DNA of 47,982 nucleotides, from positions 1-47,982 of the IMG/VR virus record IMGVR_UViG_3300028585_000033, one strand, 5' to 3'. Position numbers and translations under genes: made by a program. The DNA is from a virus (Duplodnaviria; Caudoviricetes). Positions 8,861-18,445 of the stretch are shown here, piece by piece. Numbering within the stretch: position 1 is the stretch's first letter; each line of letters begins with the position of its first letter. The notes below the pieces were generated by a model. It worked only from the letters and a program-made list of their open reading frames with translations, was not told the origin of the DNA and searched no databases.

Positions 8861-9208
8861 TCAGCCCCCCGTCAGAATTGCATAATCATCAGCCAGCCGC
8901 TCAAAGGTGTCCGCATAGCGAATCGCCTGCATAACCTCATCAGCGCCCGCTGCGATCGGGTCAGGATTGCTCGAAGCACCAATCAGGATGTAGTCACCGG
9001 TATCTGCCAGTGCGTACTGCGTCCATATGGTGTTCTTTACCACCTTCTCACCGCCTATGGCCCCTAACCGCTTGCTCAGCCCGCCCTGATAGTCGCAGGC
9101 AATCACCAGTGGCTCAGACCAGCCAAGAGAATCGCCGTACTCATCCAGCCCCAAAGGCTTCCAGATGGTCGCCTGCGCTGTATATGACCAACTGGCCAAA
9201 GATGACAT
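8861..9208 (-). CDS. Putative head closure protein
   Basis: Synteny in head-tail joining cluster. Confidence 0.65.
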   Translation of the reverse strand: MSSLASWSYTAQATIWKPLGLDEYGDSLGWSEPLVIACDYQGGLSKRLGAIGGEKVVKNTIWTQYALADTGDYILIGASSNPDPIAAGADEVMQAIRYADTFERLADDYAILTGG

Positions 9209-9209
9209 G

Positions 9210-9377
9210 TCATTCCCTCCAGCTAGTCACGGTGGCCTTCTGAGCGGCAATGCGAGGGCAGTTAATCCGCCACTCGCCAGCCTCGTTAACGTAGCCTGTG
9301 GTCTGTTCACCTGTGTTGGTTTTCACCCATACTCGCCTGAATGCCTTGGGCGGTTGTGTTGCAGGTAGCCAGCTCAT
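9210..9377 (-). CDS. Small hypothetical protein, 55 aa
   Basis: Own translation MSWLPATQPPKAFRRVWVKTNTGEQTTGYV...TSWRE; start overlaps upstream stop; fills the gap. Confidence 0.65.
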   Translation of the reverse strand: MSWLPATQPPKAFRRVWVKTNTGEQTTGYVNEAGEWRINCPRIAAQKATVTSWRE

Positions 9378-9775
9378 CGCTTATCACCACACATGCATCC
9401 GCCTTTTGCGATCCAGATACCTGCAAATGCCTGCTGTGTTGGGTCGGCGGGTATCAATGCAGTTGCACACCCGTTCTTGTCTAGGCCACGCAGAAGGCCA
9501 AGCGAACCCTTCCATCGATCTGCAAATGAACCGTAACGGAAAGACCTCGACGCGCCAGACGGGGCTGATTGAGAGCTGATATATTTATCGCCCTGCCCCA
9601 GCCCCATCAGTCCTAACAGGTACATCTGAATGAGCAATGCGGTCGCCGCCGTATAGTTAGCATCCAGACATTCCTGAATGCTGTTTGCCTGCTCAACAAG
9701 CGCCGTGAGAATGAAATCTGGCAGCGTAATACCCTGGCTCACCAGATACTCTTTTGCCTGCTCCTGGGTAACCAT
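9374..9775 (-). CDS. Putative head-tail adaptor
   Basis: Synteny; ISSQSAPSGASRSF beta-hairpin-like motif. Confidence 0.7.
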   Translation of the reverse strand: MVTQEQAKEYLVSQGITLPDFILTALVEQANSIQECLDANYTAATALLIQMYLLGLMGLGQGDKYISSQSAPSGASRSFRYGSFADRWKGSLGLLRGLDKNGCATALIPADPTQQAFAGIWIAKGGCMCGDKR

Positions 9776-9806
9776 GAATACCTCTCAGCCCTGCCGGAAC
9801 AGGGCA

Positions 9807-9830
9807 TAAAAAAACCGCCAGCGCGGCGGT
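9807..9830 (-). terminator. Intrinsic terminator after capsid cluster
   Basis: ACCGCC-GCGCT-GGCGGT plus T-run. Confidence 0.7.
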
Positions 9831-9832
9831 CG

Positions 9833-10132
9833 TTATTCAGCAGATGGGAAAAGCTTTTCCAGCTCACCTTCTGGCAGCAGCTCTGCCAGCTTGTCAGCGC
9901 CTAGGGTGCCTTTGAAATCGACCCCCAACTCCGTCAGGCGCGCTGCGATTTTCTCTTTACGCACTTGCTTATCGGAGCTGCCATCTGGAGTAGCCGGTAC
10001 CAGCTGCGCAGAAGCTTTTTCCGAAATCTTGCGTACGTGATATTTCAGCGATGGATGAACCTTTTCCAGCTGCACCACATCACCCGCTGCCACGCCGTGC
10101 CACGGCTTAATTACTTCGTATTTCTCAGCCAT
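9833..10132 (-). CDS. Hypothetical head-associated protein
   Basis: Follows capsid gene with RBS AAGGAG. Confidence 0.7.
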   Translation of the reverse strand: MAEKYEVIKPWHGVAAGDVVQLEKVHPSLKYHVRKISEKASAQLVPATPDGSSDKQVRKEKIAARLTELGVDFKGTLGADKLAELLPEGELEKLFPSAE

Positions 10133-10141
10133 GATTGCTCC

Positions 10142-11239
10142 TTATGCGAGGTTCGCGCCGTACACCACACCGGACAGGCCTTCGCCGTCCTTCTTAATCT
10201 GCAAGCCTTCAGCAGACATGATCTGGAAGTTGTAATTGCTCTGCGGCATCGGGCGCGGCAGCGGAACAGTACCAACAGCCATACCTACCAGCGGAGAAAT
10301 GACGTCCTGACGGCGCTGGTAGCCGAAGAATTCATTGCCGGTTAGTGCGAAGGTCGGCGTGATTTCTCTGGCCGGAATGAATTTCGCAATCGCATCCAGC
10401 ACGGTGCCGCTTACAAAAGCATTCGATCCGCTGCCAACTTCAATGGTGTAAGGCTTAGACATGTTCGCCCAGATTTCAGCACTCACCCACAGCTTGTCAT
10501 AAGCAGCCACTTTGTTCCGGCGTGCATTGAGACCAAAGGCACCAGTTGGACCAAAGAAGGCCAGCATCTGAGCCGGGGTAGCAGTAGTCAGGTCGATGTT
10601 TGCACCGCCAGCACCACTGCCAAGGTTGATCTTGGATGTGTTGCGGTGGTTACGGATGCCCTGACCTTTCATGCCATCGACAGAGATTGCGTCACTACCA
10701 TTGAGGTAATAATCAACGCGCTTTTTATGGAACTTGCGCAGCTTGGCAGCCTGAGAATCAAGCGCCAGATCGATGCCGACGGTGCTCAGGCCAGCGGCAT
10801 GACGCCAGTTGACGCCATAGCCCGCAGTAAAGACCGGGATCGGGTCTCCATCACCATCGTAATCGGTGTGGTCGAAAGAATATGGTGCCTGTCCATCAAT
10901 GCTGATGGATACGTCATCTGCGATATCGCCTGATACGTTATACATCTTCGCAGTCTTGCCGATCGGCAGAACGGTCTGCACACCCATCAGGTCGTTGATG
11001 ATTTCCATACCATCCTCCTGATCGCGCATCTGGATAATCTGGCGGTCAATCTCAGCCCAGAACTCGCGGGTAAAGCCGCCGATGGCATTCGCTGCCAGCA
11101 TGTCATGCGTCATGCGCGTACGAAACGCGTTAACCATCATGTCGTGCTGAGCATTGAAGATGTCACGATTCGCCCACAGTTCGTTCCAGTGTCCGCGCAG
11201 TCGGCTGTTAGCAGCCAGTGTTTCAGCGGTAAAATACAT
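10142..11239 (-). CDS. Major capsid protein
   Basis: 365 aa, strong RBS, after protease/scaffold and decoration genes. Confidence 0.85.
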   Translation of the reverse strand: MYFTAETLAANSRLRGHWNELWANRDIFNAQHDMMVNAFRTRMTHDMLAANAIGGFTREFWAEIDRQIIQMRDQEDGMEIINDLMGVQTVLPIGKTAKMYNVSGDIADDVSISIDGQAPYSFDHTDYDGDGDPIPVFTAGYGVNWRHAAGLSTVGIDLALDSQAAKLRKFHKKRVDYYLNGSDAISVDGMKGQGIRNHRNTSKINLGSGAGGANIDLTTATPAQMLAFFGPTGAFGLNARRNKVAAYDKLWVSAEIWANMSKPYTIEVGSGSNAFVSGTVLDAIAKFIPAREITPTFALTGNEFFGYQRRQDVISPLVGMAVGTVPLPRPMPQSNYNFQIMSAEGLQIKKDGEGLSGVVYGANLA

Positions 11240-11253
11240 TCTTATTCTCCTGA

Positions 11254-11706
11254 TTAAGCGCCAGCAGCTGCGGCAACGGTGCCGACGCGCATACGCACGC
11301 GGATAAAATCTGTAGAGCCTGCAGCGATAGTCGCTTCATCCTGGCTGTAGCCGATAACCGAATCGGTATCAGATGTCGCTTTGGTGAACTGACCATTAGT
11401 GCCGAGTTTGATCGGGTCGTCTTTGCCGTAGGTGCCAGGCACACACAGCAGAGCCAGCTCACGTCCTTCTTCGACGTAGTTACCCACTGCTGAATCGCCA
11501 GCCGGAACTGCTTCGGTGATTTTCAGACCCTGATGGTAAGCAACATCAATGATGTAGAGGCGACCAGCCAGCGCGGTAGCCTGCGCAAACTCATTGTCGC
11601 CGTTGATGACAGCCGCAGTACCCGGCAGCAGAGCTGCAGCAGTAACGCGGGTTTCGGTCTTGTACAGAGACTGACCGTCGATGTTAACGCGACGATAACG
11701 TGCCAT
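11254..11706 (-). CDS. Head decoration/cement protein
   Basis: 150 aa, Gly/Ala-rich, immediately before capsid gene. Confidence 0.7.
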   Translation of the reverse strand: MARYRRVNIDGQSLYKTETRVTAAALLPGTAAVINGDNEFAQATALAGRLYIIDVAYHQGLKITEAVPAGDSAVGNYVEEGRELALLCVPGTYGKDDPIKLGTNGQFTKATSDTDSVIGYSQDEATIAAGSTDFIRVRMRVGTVAAAAGA

Positions 11707-12980
11707 TACGCAGCACCTCCGAAGTAAGTGGCCGGATCGGGTGCGCCGGTCACAGGCGGGTTTTTGGCGGAGTTGGTGCCCAGCGGGGCAGCTTCGCCAA
11801 GTGATTTGAACATCGCTTCCAGAGCTTCACCTGACAATGCGTTTGCCACGATTTCACCGTGGACTGCAGCGACAGCATCACGCTTGGTTTTCTCTTCAGC
11901 GCGGGAGTTAGCGGTAAGGGAGTCGGACAGTGTTTTCTGATTGGCCTGAATGCCTGCCAGCGCTTCGGTAATTGGCTTCAGTGACGCCTCGTTGTTCGCA
12001 GCGATTGCGCCGCTGACGATAGTGCCGATCTGTTCCAGTTCTTCTTTGGTTAAAGGCATATCGCCCTCCGTTTGGTGGTTTGCTGCAGGAGCGTCCTGCG
12101 GTGTAAAAAGGGATTTAACTTTGTTGGCCACGATTGCGACCCATGACTCCTGACGCGCTACTTTTGAACCGGTATCGTCAAAGGTTATTTTGCCGCCTTC
12201 GGTGGTGTAACCGTAAACCTGCGCATCGCCGCCGTTACGGATGACAATCGCCTGCGAATCCGTGAAATCAGCAATCCACGCGTAATCATCCGGGCCGGTT
12301 GCAAACTTATCGCGCGCAGCCTGCTCAAGGCGTCGCTCGCGCTCACGGTATGATTCGCCAATCAGCGCGCCGGAATTGCTATGCAGCGTTTTAGCCTGGT
12401 CTGCGTTAACCATAAGGCCCACGCCCTGCTCGGGCTGCGCTGCGCCAACCTCGTGCAGCAGGATTGCGTCATGGTCCATTGCGTTGATCCTAGCGACCCA
12501 CTCAATGCCCTGCGCCTTCTGTTCAGCGCTGGCTTCCAGCTGGTCAAGGAATACGGCAACGCTGGTGTGGATTGGCGGAACGTCTTCGCCACGCTCGATA
12601 GCCGCAACACGCTCAAGCAGCTCGCGACCACCTTCGCTCTGGTTCGCTACAGTGGTATCAACCCACTTCTCCGCATAGACGCGGTTGCCGGATTTCTTAA
12701 CGTTGCGGTTCCATGCGCCGATGTGACCGGTGTTGATGCCTTCAGGTGAAAAGGCTGAGACAAACTGGCCGTCTACAGTCGGGTGACCGAGCGGTGCCAG
12801 CGTTCCTTCGAGCCCTTGATAATGCGCGTCGATTTCAGATGCCGGATACAGGCCGCCGTTCATCACAACGTTGGCTGGCAGCGTGTAGCTCGGCAGCACC
12901 AGATGTGGTCGCCCATTGTACGTTTCACGGCGAATAGCCTGACTGTTCACCCTGGTGGTGACGTTGACCTGCATAGTCAT
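11706..12980 (-). CDS. Prohead protease/scaffold (DUF2213-like)
   Basis: VVMNGGLYP, PLGHP, DHDAILL motifs; helical C-terminal scaffold with possible internal start (TEGDMPLTK). Confidence 0.75.
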   Translation of the reverse strand: MTMQVNVTTRVNSQAIRRETYNGRPHLVLPSYTLPANVVMNGGLYPASEIDAHYQGLEGTLAPLGHPTVDGQFVSAFSPEGINTGHIGAWNRNVKKSGNRVYAEKWVDTTVANQSEGGRELLERVAAIERGEDVPPIHTSVAVFLDQLEASAEQKAQGIEWVARINAMDHDAILLHEVGAAQPEQGVGLMVNADQAKTLHSNSGALIGESYRERERRLEQAARDKFATGPDDYAWIADFTDSQAIVIRNGGDAQVYGYTTEGGKITFDDTGSKVARQESWVAIVANKVKSLFTPQDAPAANHQTEGDMPLTKEELEQIGTIVSGAIAANNEASLKPITEALAGIQANQKTLSDSLTANSRAEEKTKRDAVAAVHGEIVANALSGEALEAMFKSLGEAAPLGTNSAKNPPVTGAPDPATYFGGAA

Positions 12981-12993
12981 GGTTATCTCTCGA

Positions 12994-13956
12994 TTAAGCC
13001 GCGTGCTTAAGGTCGCAGCAGTGATGTGATTTGTTGGTTGCCATCCGCTTGCCCCATGTCTGGGTAAACTCTTTTTTGGCGATATCGATTACAGAGGAAT
13101 TGAGCGGCACGCCCTTCGCATCAACCAGCACAGTGACCTGAGAGCATTTGCAGTTAATTGCGTTACCGTTGATGCTGTACCAGTCGCGGACATCTTCTGA
13201 GGTATAGAGGTTGCCGTGGCGTAGTGCGTGCGTCCGGCGCGTTGTGGCGCTCAGGGCAGATAGATGAAGCAGCATGACGTTCAGGCCCAGATCATCTTTG
13301 GCTGAGTCATGCTCATCCCATCTGGCACGTCGTAGCGCGGTGGTGATTTCCGTCCTGGCTATGCGGTTAGCCCGCCCCTGCTCAATACCTATCTGGTCAC
13401 GCAGCCGTCTGGCTATTTCTTTCGGATTCTGTCCGCGGCCCATTCCATCAGTCAGGATTCGCGACAGGTCCTGCTTAACATCCGCAGCCAGTCCTTTCAT
13501 CTCTTCAAAGGTGCGGGCTCTCACCAGAATTAACCGGCTTTGATAGGCATCGCTGAGAAGGATTTCCTGCACGCTGCCGCGATCTGCTTTGTACGCGGGA
13601 GATTGCTGAGACAGGTTGGCAAACTCCTGCGACGTGCCTCGCTGATAGGATGGTGAAACGTAGTCCTGAAAGAGCCACGGATTGAATTCGCCGCCCTGCA
13701 GCAGGATTTCATCAACGAGGGAATCGCCGTTCTGCAACAGCGTCGAAAGCATGGTCGGGTCTAACTGGAAGGTGTAACGCTGGTTTACTGCTGGCTCTGC
13801 AGGGATGCGGTTGAGGAGGTCTATGTACCGCGCGCTGATTTGCTTAAGTCGCCTTCCGTATTCTCGCATTGCGCCGCGCTCAAGGCGGTCAACGCCGGTC
13901 GGGTCAAGCTTGTTGCCGGGCAGGATTGCTGGCTTCGGCTTCTTCTGTTTCGCCAT
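12994..13956 (-). CDS. Head morphogenesis protein (SPP1 gp7/Mu F-like)
   Basis: RANRIARTE, TRRTH...HG, INCKC motifs; start reassigned to ATG 13956. Confidence 0.85.
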   Translation of the reverse strand: MAKQKKPKPAILPGNKLDPTGVDRLERGAMREYGRRLKQISARYIDLLNRIPAEPAVNQRYTFQLDPTMLSTLLQNGDSLVDEILLQGGEFNPWLFQDYVSPSYQRGTSQEFANLSQQSPAYKADRGSVQEILLSDAYQSRLILVRARTFEEMKGLAADVKQDLSRILTDGMGRGQNPKEIARRLRDQIGIEQGRANRIARTEITTALRRARWDEHDSAKDDLGLNVMLLHLSALSATTRRTHALRHGNLYTSEDVRDWYSINGNAINCKCSQVTVLVDAKGVPLNSSVIDIAKKEFTQTWGKRMATNKSHHCCDLKHAA

Positions 13957-15250
13957 CTTCCTCATCCTCCGGTAATGGCTCACCGCCGCCTGGCTCATAA
14001 CCTGCAGCCACGCGAATCTCATCAACCGTAAACACTTGCTCGCCAGAGGCCAGAGATGTCTGGTTGATGTTGCTCATCTTCACCGCGCTATCCAGCTTGT
14101 CTGATGAAGACTGCTCGTTCAGCTCATCCCAGACGATGCTGAACTTGCTAACTGGCTTGATGATCTGCAGGTCAGTGAGCTTATCGACCATGTCTTCAGC
14201 ATCGAAGGAAAGGTCACCACGGCGAGACTGACAGCGACCGTTGAAATAAATCTGGTCTTCCGTGCTGGCGCGCTCGCCTGACTGGTTTCCGACAATGATG
14301 CGCGACGGCATGTCTACAGAGGCGCTGAATGTCTTCAGGTTGACGTCATAGGTCGGTGACGGGTCAGAAACCGCATTGACCATTGAGGTGACCTGCGCGC
14401 CCTGCGTAATCAAGAGCGTGTCGTTGCCGCGGTTAATCTCCCGGGCTGCTTCGTTGTAACGCTCCAGCAGCTCATCGACCGTTACGCCATACATCGAAGC
14501 CAGATTATTGAAATCGACCTCTTTATCGAAGTTGATGTTCTGCTGACGAGCCGCATTCTTCAGGAACGACTCGCCCGAGCCGCCTTCGACTTTCTCCAGG
14601 CTGACGCAGGCGTTGTACCCCGGCTCAAGGAAGCCGATAGCATCATCAGACATGTCTCCGATAATCAGGACGCGATCGGGGTGAATTTTGCGTTGCGCCG
14701 TGCTGCCATCTGTAAGCCATTCAGTGTACTGCCACATAGTGATGGTGCCGGAATTGTCTCGGCTTCCAACCTTGAGCGCGCTGGCCCATACAGGTGTAAT
14801 CTTTTGTAGCGCCTTCCCTTTTACAGCTGGCTGATCCCATTTCCGGCTGTCTTTGATGTGTAGCAGAATGCCAGCCCAGCGACCGACCAATCGACGCTTA
14901 TCCGCCTCAGCGAATGCTCGCCAGAAGCGGTGGGTGAATACCTGATTACTGGCTTTCTCCCATGAGGTAAGCTCGCGCGATTCGTCAGACTGTTCTCCTT
15001 CGACTACCTGCGGGTTCGTTCTCCAGCAGTTCGATACCAGCTTATTAACCGCGCCGTGGGCAATACCGCCACGACGATAGAGTTTGTGCAGGTCATCAAA
15101 CGTCAGGTCTTCTTTGAAGCCGTATTCGCACCACGCACTTTCACGTTTTGCATCCAGCCCCATGCCAGGGTTGAATGCCATAGCGCGCGCACGGGCAATC
15201 CTGACGTCATTCAGCGCGTGATTGACGGCTAGTGATAATTTGTCAGTCAT
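13904..15250 (-). CDS. Portal protein (DUF1073-like)
   Basis: About 448 aa directly after TerL; start reassigned to ATG 15250. Confidence 0.85.
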   Translation of the reverse strand: MTDKLSLAVNHALNDVRIARARAMAFNPGMGLDAKRESAWCEYGFKEDLTFDDLHKLYRRGGIAHGAVNKLVSNCWRTNPQVVEGEQSDESRELTSWEKASNQVFTHRFWRAFAEADKRRLVGRWAGILLHIKDSRKWDQPAVKGKALQKITPVWASALKVGSRDNSGTITMWQYTEWLTDGSTAQRKIHPDRVLIIGDMSDDAIGFLEPGYNACVSLEKVEGGSGESFLKNAARQQNINFDKEVDFNNLASMYGVTVDELLERYNEAAREINRGNDTLLITQGAQVTSMVNAVSDPSPTYDVNLKTFSASVDMPSRIIVGNQSGERASTEDQIYFNGRCQSRRGDLSFDAEDMVDKLTDLQIIKPVSKFSIVWDELNEQSSSDKLDSAVKMSNINQTSLASGEQVFTVDEIRVAAGYEPGGGEPLPEDEEDGETEEAEASNPARQQA

Positions 15251-15260
15251 GGTTTGTCCG

Positions 15261-15380
15261 TTATCTTTGCTTCGGTGGCGGTAGGGGGTCACCTGCGGGG
15301 ATTTGGCTGGCGCATGGTTGATAACCCGGCCAGCCTTTTCGTTTTCGCTCACACCCGGGGCATTTGCATTTTTTCGTCAC
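15261..15380 (-). CDS. Small Cys/Pro-rich hypothetical protein, 39 aa
   Basis: GTG start with RBS GGAGGT; MTKKCKCPGCERKRKGWPGYQPC...; fills terL-portal gap. Confidence 0.45.
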   Translation of the reverse strand: MTKKCKCPGCERKRKGWPGYQPCASQIPAGDPLPPPKQR

Positions 15381-15382
15381 GA

Positions 15383-16636
15383 TCACCTCCCTTGCAGGCG
15401 CTTTGGAAGCAACATTCCTGCCATCTGGCCTTTGCGCTTAATATGACCATCGAGTCCGTAGCGTATGCCATCCCAGCAGTGTTCGAAGCCGTCAGCCAGT
15501 TTCGGGAGCACTTCACCTGTGATGCGATCGGTTTTGTAAGACCACATACGGGCTTCAATTGCGACGTTCTTGCAGCGTGGATGGATAATGATTTCATCAA
15601 AGCCGCGCAAGTGGGCTATGCCATCCTCAACGCTGCCCTGCCACTTCTCAGCTGCTGAGATATTGAATCCCTGACGCTTCAGGTAGCTGATTGTTTCCGG
15701 TCGGGCTGAATCAGCTTTGATAGGCCATTCCCGAGAGCCAGGAATGGTGTCATACAGCGCTGGCATATGGTCTAACTCAGTCTGCTGGCCGTACGCTTCG
15801 TACTCAATATAGAGCCGGTTGTGCAGAATGAATGACCGCGTAAGAGTGTTCGGGTCTTTTGCAAAGCCGAAGTCGGCCCCGAAGTGAAGACGCTCCGCCT
15901 CTTTCCACAAGGTGTCAGAGAACTCAGCGATGCGATATTTGCCAGCAAGCACCTGCTTATCTGAATTCTCCAGATAGGCGCCTTCCCATACCCAGGCATA
16001 AGTTGCCGGATCAAGTCTTCGTTGGTCGTTCAGGCGCTCGCCTTCCAGTACGCCGGGAAACCACGGGTTATCCGTGTAATTCATCTCGACGGTGACACAG
16101 TCTTCGCCAGCCTCTTTGCGAAACCGCTTATCAGTAGCGCTACCGTCGCGCTCCGGGTTCCATGTAACCCAAATCTCTGAACCCTCTTCACGAACGGTAG
16201 GGCTAAGTTTCTGCCAGGCGATTTCACTAACTGATTCAGCTTCGTCTACCCAGCACAACAGGATTCGTGCCTTCGATTTTATGCTGTCGAGGTTATGACG
16301 CAGACCGGCGAAGACATATGCCACCGATTTGTCGATGGTGCGAATGTACTTCTCTCCAATATCGAAGTTAGATGCCAGCCACGGAACCGACAGGATCGCC
16401 TGCTTAACTTCCTGCATGCTCGACTCTTCGAGTGAGTTCATAAATTCACGTGCACAGAGAATTACGCCACTCTCACCATTCATCATCGCCTGATACGCCT
16501 TCACGGCTGTCATCAGGGCGAATGTGCGCGTCTTTGCACTACCGCGACCACCATGCGAGCACCGATAACGCTTACCGGCTGCTGTGAACAGTGGAGCGAG
16601 CTTGGCAGGTATCGGGAGTTGAACGGCTTCACTCAT
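15383..16636 (-). CDS. terL: Terminase large subunit (PBSX family, probably headful packaging)
   Basis: Walker A GGRGSAKT, Walker B WVDEAE, TWNP, nuclease GADFGF and HCWDGIRY. Confidence 0.95.
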   Translation of the reverse strand: MSEAVQLPIPAKLAPLFTAAGKRYRCSHGGRGSAKTRTFALMTAVKAYQAMMNGESGVILCAREFMNSLEESSMQEVKQAILSVPWLASNFDIGEKYIRTIDKSVAYVFAGLRHNLDSIKSKARILLCWVDEAESVSEIAWQKLSPTVREEGSEIWVTWNPERDGSATDKRFRKEAGEDCVTVEMNYTDNPWFPGVLEGERLNDQRRLDPATYAWVWEGAYLENSDKQVLAGKYRIAEFSDTLWKEAERLHFGADFGFAKDPNTLTRSFILHNRLYIEYEAYGQQTELDHMPALYDTIPGSREWPIKADSARPETISYLKRQGFNISAAEKWQGSVEDGIAHLRGFDEIIIHPRCKNVAIEARMWSYKTDRITGEVLPKLADGFEHCWDGIRYGLDGHIKRKGQMAGMLLPKRLQGR

Positions 16637-17088
16637 GATTTGGGCTCAACGGGAAGGAGCTGAATTACAGTTGGCTTCGGTGTCATGCTGCCATCAGGGC
16701 TGGTGTGCTCCACTTTCTGCCTATTGGTATAAGCATCACCACACTCTTTTGCAGCCTGCTCGATTAACGTGGCCGCCAGCGCCATGTTTCGCATGCCCTC
16801 AGCCTTCGTCATCATCCTGTCGAGTGTGCGCAGGCGATAAGCTTTGTTCGCTATAGGGATATCGGCTATTTCAGTCTGGAAACGTGCTCGCGTGCTTTCG
16901 AACAGGTCTATCCATTTCTGGCTCAATTTAGCCGCCATGGCATTGCCGGGGCTGTATTGAGATACCTGCTGGCGTGATACCTGAACGTTGAATTCAGCCT
17001 TTACAAGCTCAATGACTTTTGTAGGCGGCTCGAAGCACGCCAGAGACTGAACGATGAAGGCTTTAACCTCTGTCGATAATGCTGCCAC
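16633..17088 (-). CDS. terS: Terminase small subunit (DUF2280-like)
   Basis: Directly upstream of terL; IPIANKAYRL motif. Confidence 0.8.
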   Translation of the reverse strand: MAALSTEVKAFIVQSLACFEPPTKVIELVKAEFNVQVSRQQVSQYSPGNAMAAKLSQKWIDLFESTRARFQTEIADIPIANKAYRLRTLDRMMTKAEGMRNMALAATLIEQAAKECGDAYTNRQKVEHTSPDGSMTPKPTVIQLLPVEPKS

Positions 17089-17119
17089 AGGCTACCTCCA
17101 TGACAATCTGAATAAAGCG

Positions 17120-17749
17120 TTATGCCAGCTTCATGAGGCATGTTCCGCATGCTCTGGCTATGTTGATTTTCGCCACCTCAGCCGGCTGGCTGGCAGCATC
17201 AATAATTTCCTGCACGTCAGCGCTGGCACCATATCGGCGAACCACACCAACGAACTCTTCTACATCGTGTCCTCGCATGCAGAGCTTGGGCTGCCCGTCT
17301 CGTGTGAATTTAGGTGCGCCAAACTCATCAGTGTCCTGAGCTATGTGGTAAAGCTCATGCTCTACGAGTGCGCAAAACTCCATATCGCTGCATTGAGAGC
17401 AGAAGTCGGCTGCCAGAGTGATGATGTAATCCGGTTTATGACCGAACCACTCATACATCTGTTGCTCAATTCTGGCTTTTTGCCATCCACCTGCACGCAT
17501 CATTACTTCTTCAGCCTGACCGAGCACAGTGCGCCCCTTCTTGCTGAAAGCGCTCGATGCCCACATAAAGCGGATATCAGCCTCAAGCAGATGGAGGTGA
17601 TCAGGGTTGTGCAGGCGGCCTTCCTCATTGAGGATATGCTCTGTTACCCATTCGTGGATTTCATTGGCAGGGGTGAGGCTGATGTGAGGATGGAATTCAT
17701 CAAGGAAGCTTTGCTTTGGTCGCGGTCGGTTATGTTGATCGCTCTGCAT
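17120..17749 (-). CDS. Putative phage metallopeptidase
   Basis: HEXXH (HELYH) plus downstream HDVEEF. Confidence 0.8.
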   Translation of the reverse strand: MQSDQHNRPRPKQSFLDEFHPHISLTPANEIHEWVTEHILNEEGRLHNPDHLHLLEADIRFMWASSAFSKKGRTVLGQAEEVMMRAGGWQKARIEQQMYEWFGHKPDYIITLAADFCSQCSDMEFCALVEHELYHIAQDTDEFGAPKFTRDGQPKLCMRGHDVEEFVGVVRRYGASADVQEIIDAASQPAEVAKINIARACGTCLMKLA

Positions 17750-17758
17750 ACTTCCCCC

Positions 17759-17956
17759 TTAATTGGCATTCTCTTCACTTGCTTCCGGTACGTACTCCAT
17801 CTTGAGCACGTCGTCGGGAGCCAGGTAAACCCATGAGCCGTCTTCTTTGGCTACACCGATGAAGCCGTTAACCATCTCAGGCTGTGATCGGTTCATCAGG
17901 CCTTCATGTGTTTCGCCTGACTTCGTGGTCACAGTAATGCGGAAGGTATCAGCCAT
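17759..17956 (-). CDS. Hypothetical protein
   Basis: ORF MADTFRITV..., RBS GGAGG. Confidence 0.65.
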   Translation of the reverse strand: MADTFRITVTTKSGETHEGLMNRSQPEMVNGFIGVAKEDGSWVYLAPDDVLKMEYVPEASEENAN

Positions 17957-18104
17957 GGAGCTCAACCTCCTGCCCTTCCTTTACGATTTCTTTCTTGAAG
18001 CAGATGTCCGTTAACCATTTGGAGTTGATCAGTGCAGCAATAATCAGGACTGGCTTCATGTAAGGACGGAGCGTCATTTTCATACTAAATGTGCAAGTTG
18101 CCAT
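17949..18104 (-). CDS. Small hypothetical protein, 51 aa
   Basis: Own translation MATCTFSMKMTLRPYMKPVLIIAALINS...; RBS GAGG. Confidence 0.55.
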   Translation of the reverse strand: MATCTFSMKMTLRPYMKPVLIIAALINSKWLTDICFKKEIVKEGQEVELHG

Positions 18105-18123
18105 ATCGCCTCTTCATTCTATG

Positions 18124-18187
18124 AGCCAGCTTCGCGACGCTTCCCAGCGTGGCTAACCGTTATCCCTTGTCGGAGAGATTCGTCAGC
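18124..18187 (-). ncRNA. put-like (HK022-type) antiterminator RNA candidate
   Basis: Two abutting stem-loops; GACGAA...CG...CCACGC-TGGGAA-GCGTCGCG resembles HK022 putL as recalled. Confidence 0.45.
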
Positions 18188-18191
18188 TTTC

Positions 18192-18371
18192 TTATCCGTT
18201 TAGTAGTCGGTGGATTGCTTTTGCCTGCGCTTTAGCGAAGCGGACGCTCCCTCGACCCTTGGAATTAATGCTAACTATCTCGCCTGCCTTGCGCATTGTC
18301 ACAAGCATGTCAGCATGTCGAACTTGCACAAAAGAAATCTCTCCATGCCGCTTAGCTTCTATGATTTTCAT
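18192..18371 (-). CDS. Small basic hypothetical protein, 59 aa
   Basis: Own translation MKIIEAKRHGEISFVQVR...RLLNG; RBS GAGGT. Confidence 0.55.
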   Translation of the reverse strand: MKIIEAKRHGEISFVQVRHADMLVTMRKAGEIVSINSKGRGSVRFAKAQAKAIHRLLNG

Positions 18372-18445
18372 ATCGCTTTACCTCGAATTCTAAGGCGCTC
18401 TGGTAAGAAAGCGCCCTGTAATGAAAGCCGTTGTGAAAGAGGCTC

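Noticed and set aside
13904-15352. DUF1073-like protein read as an anti-CBASS factor, and the longer 482-aa start
   Set aside because: Size and position after terL indicate the portal; the upstream extension overlaps a separate mini-ORF and lacks a clear RBS.
17054-17836. 260-aa plus-strand ORF
   Set aside because: Antisense to the metallopeptidase, no recognisable motif or RBS; likely a codon-bias shadow.
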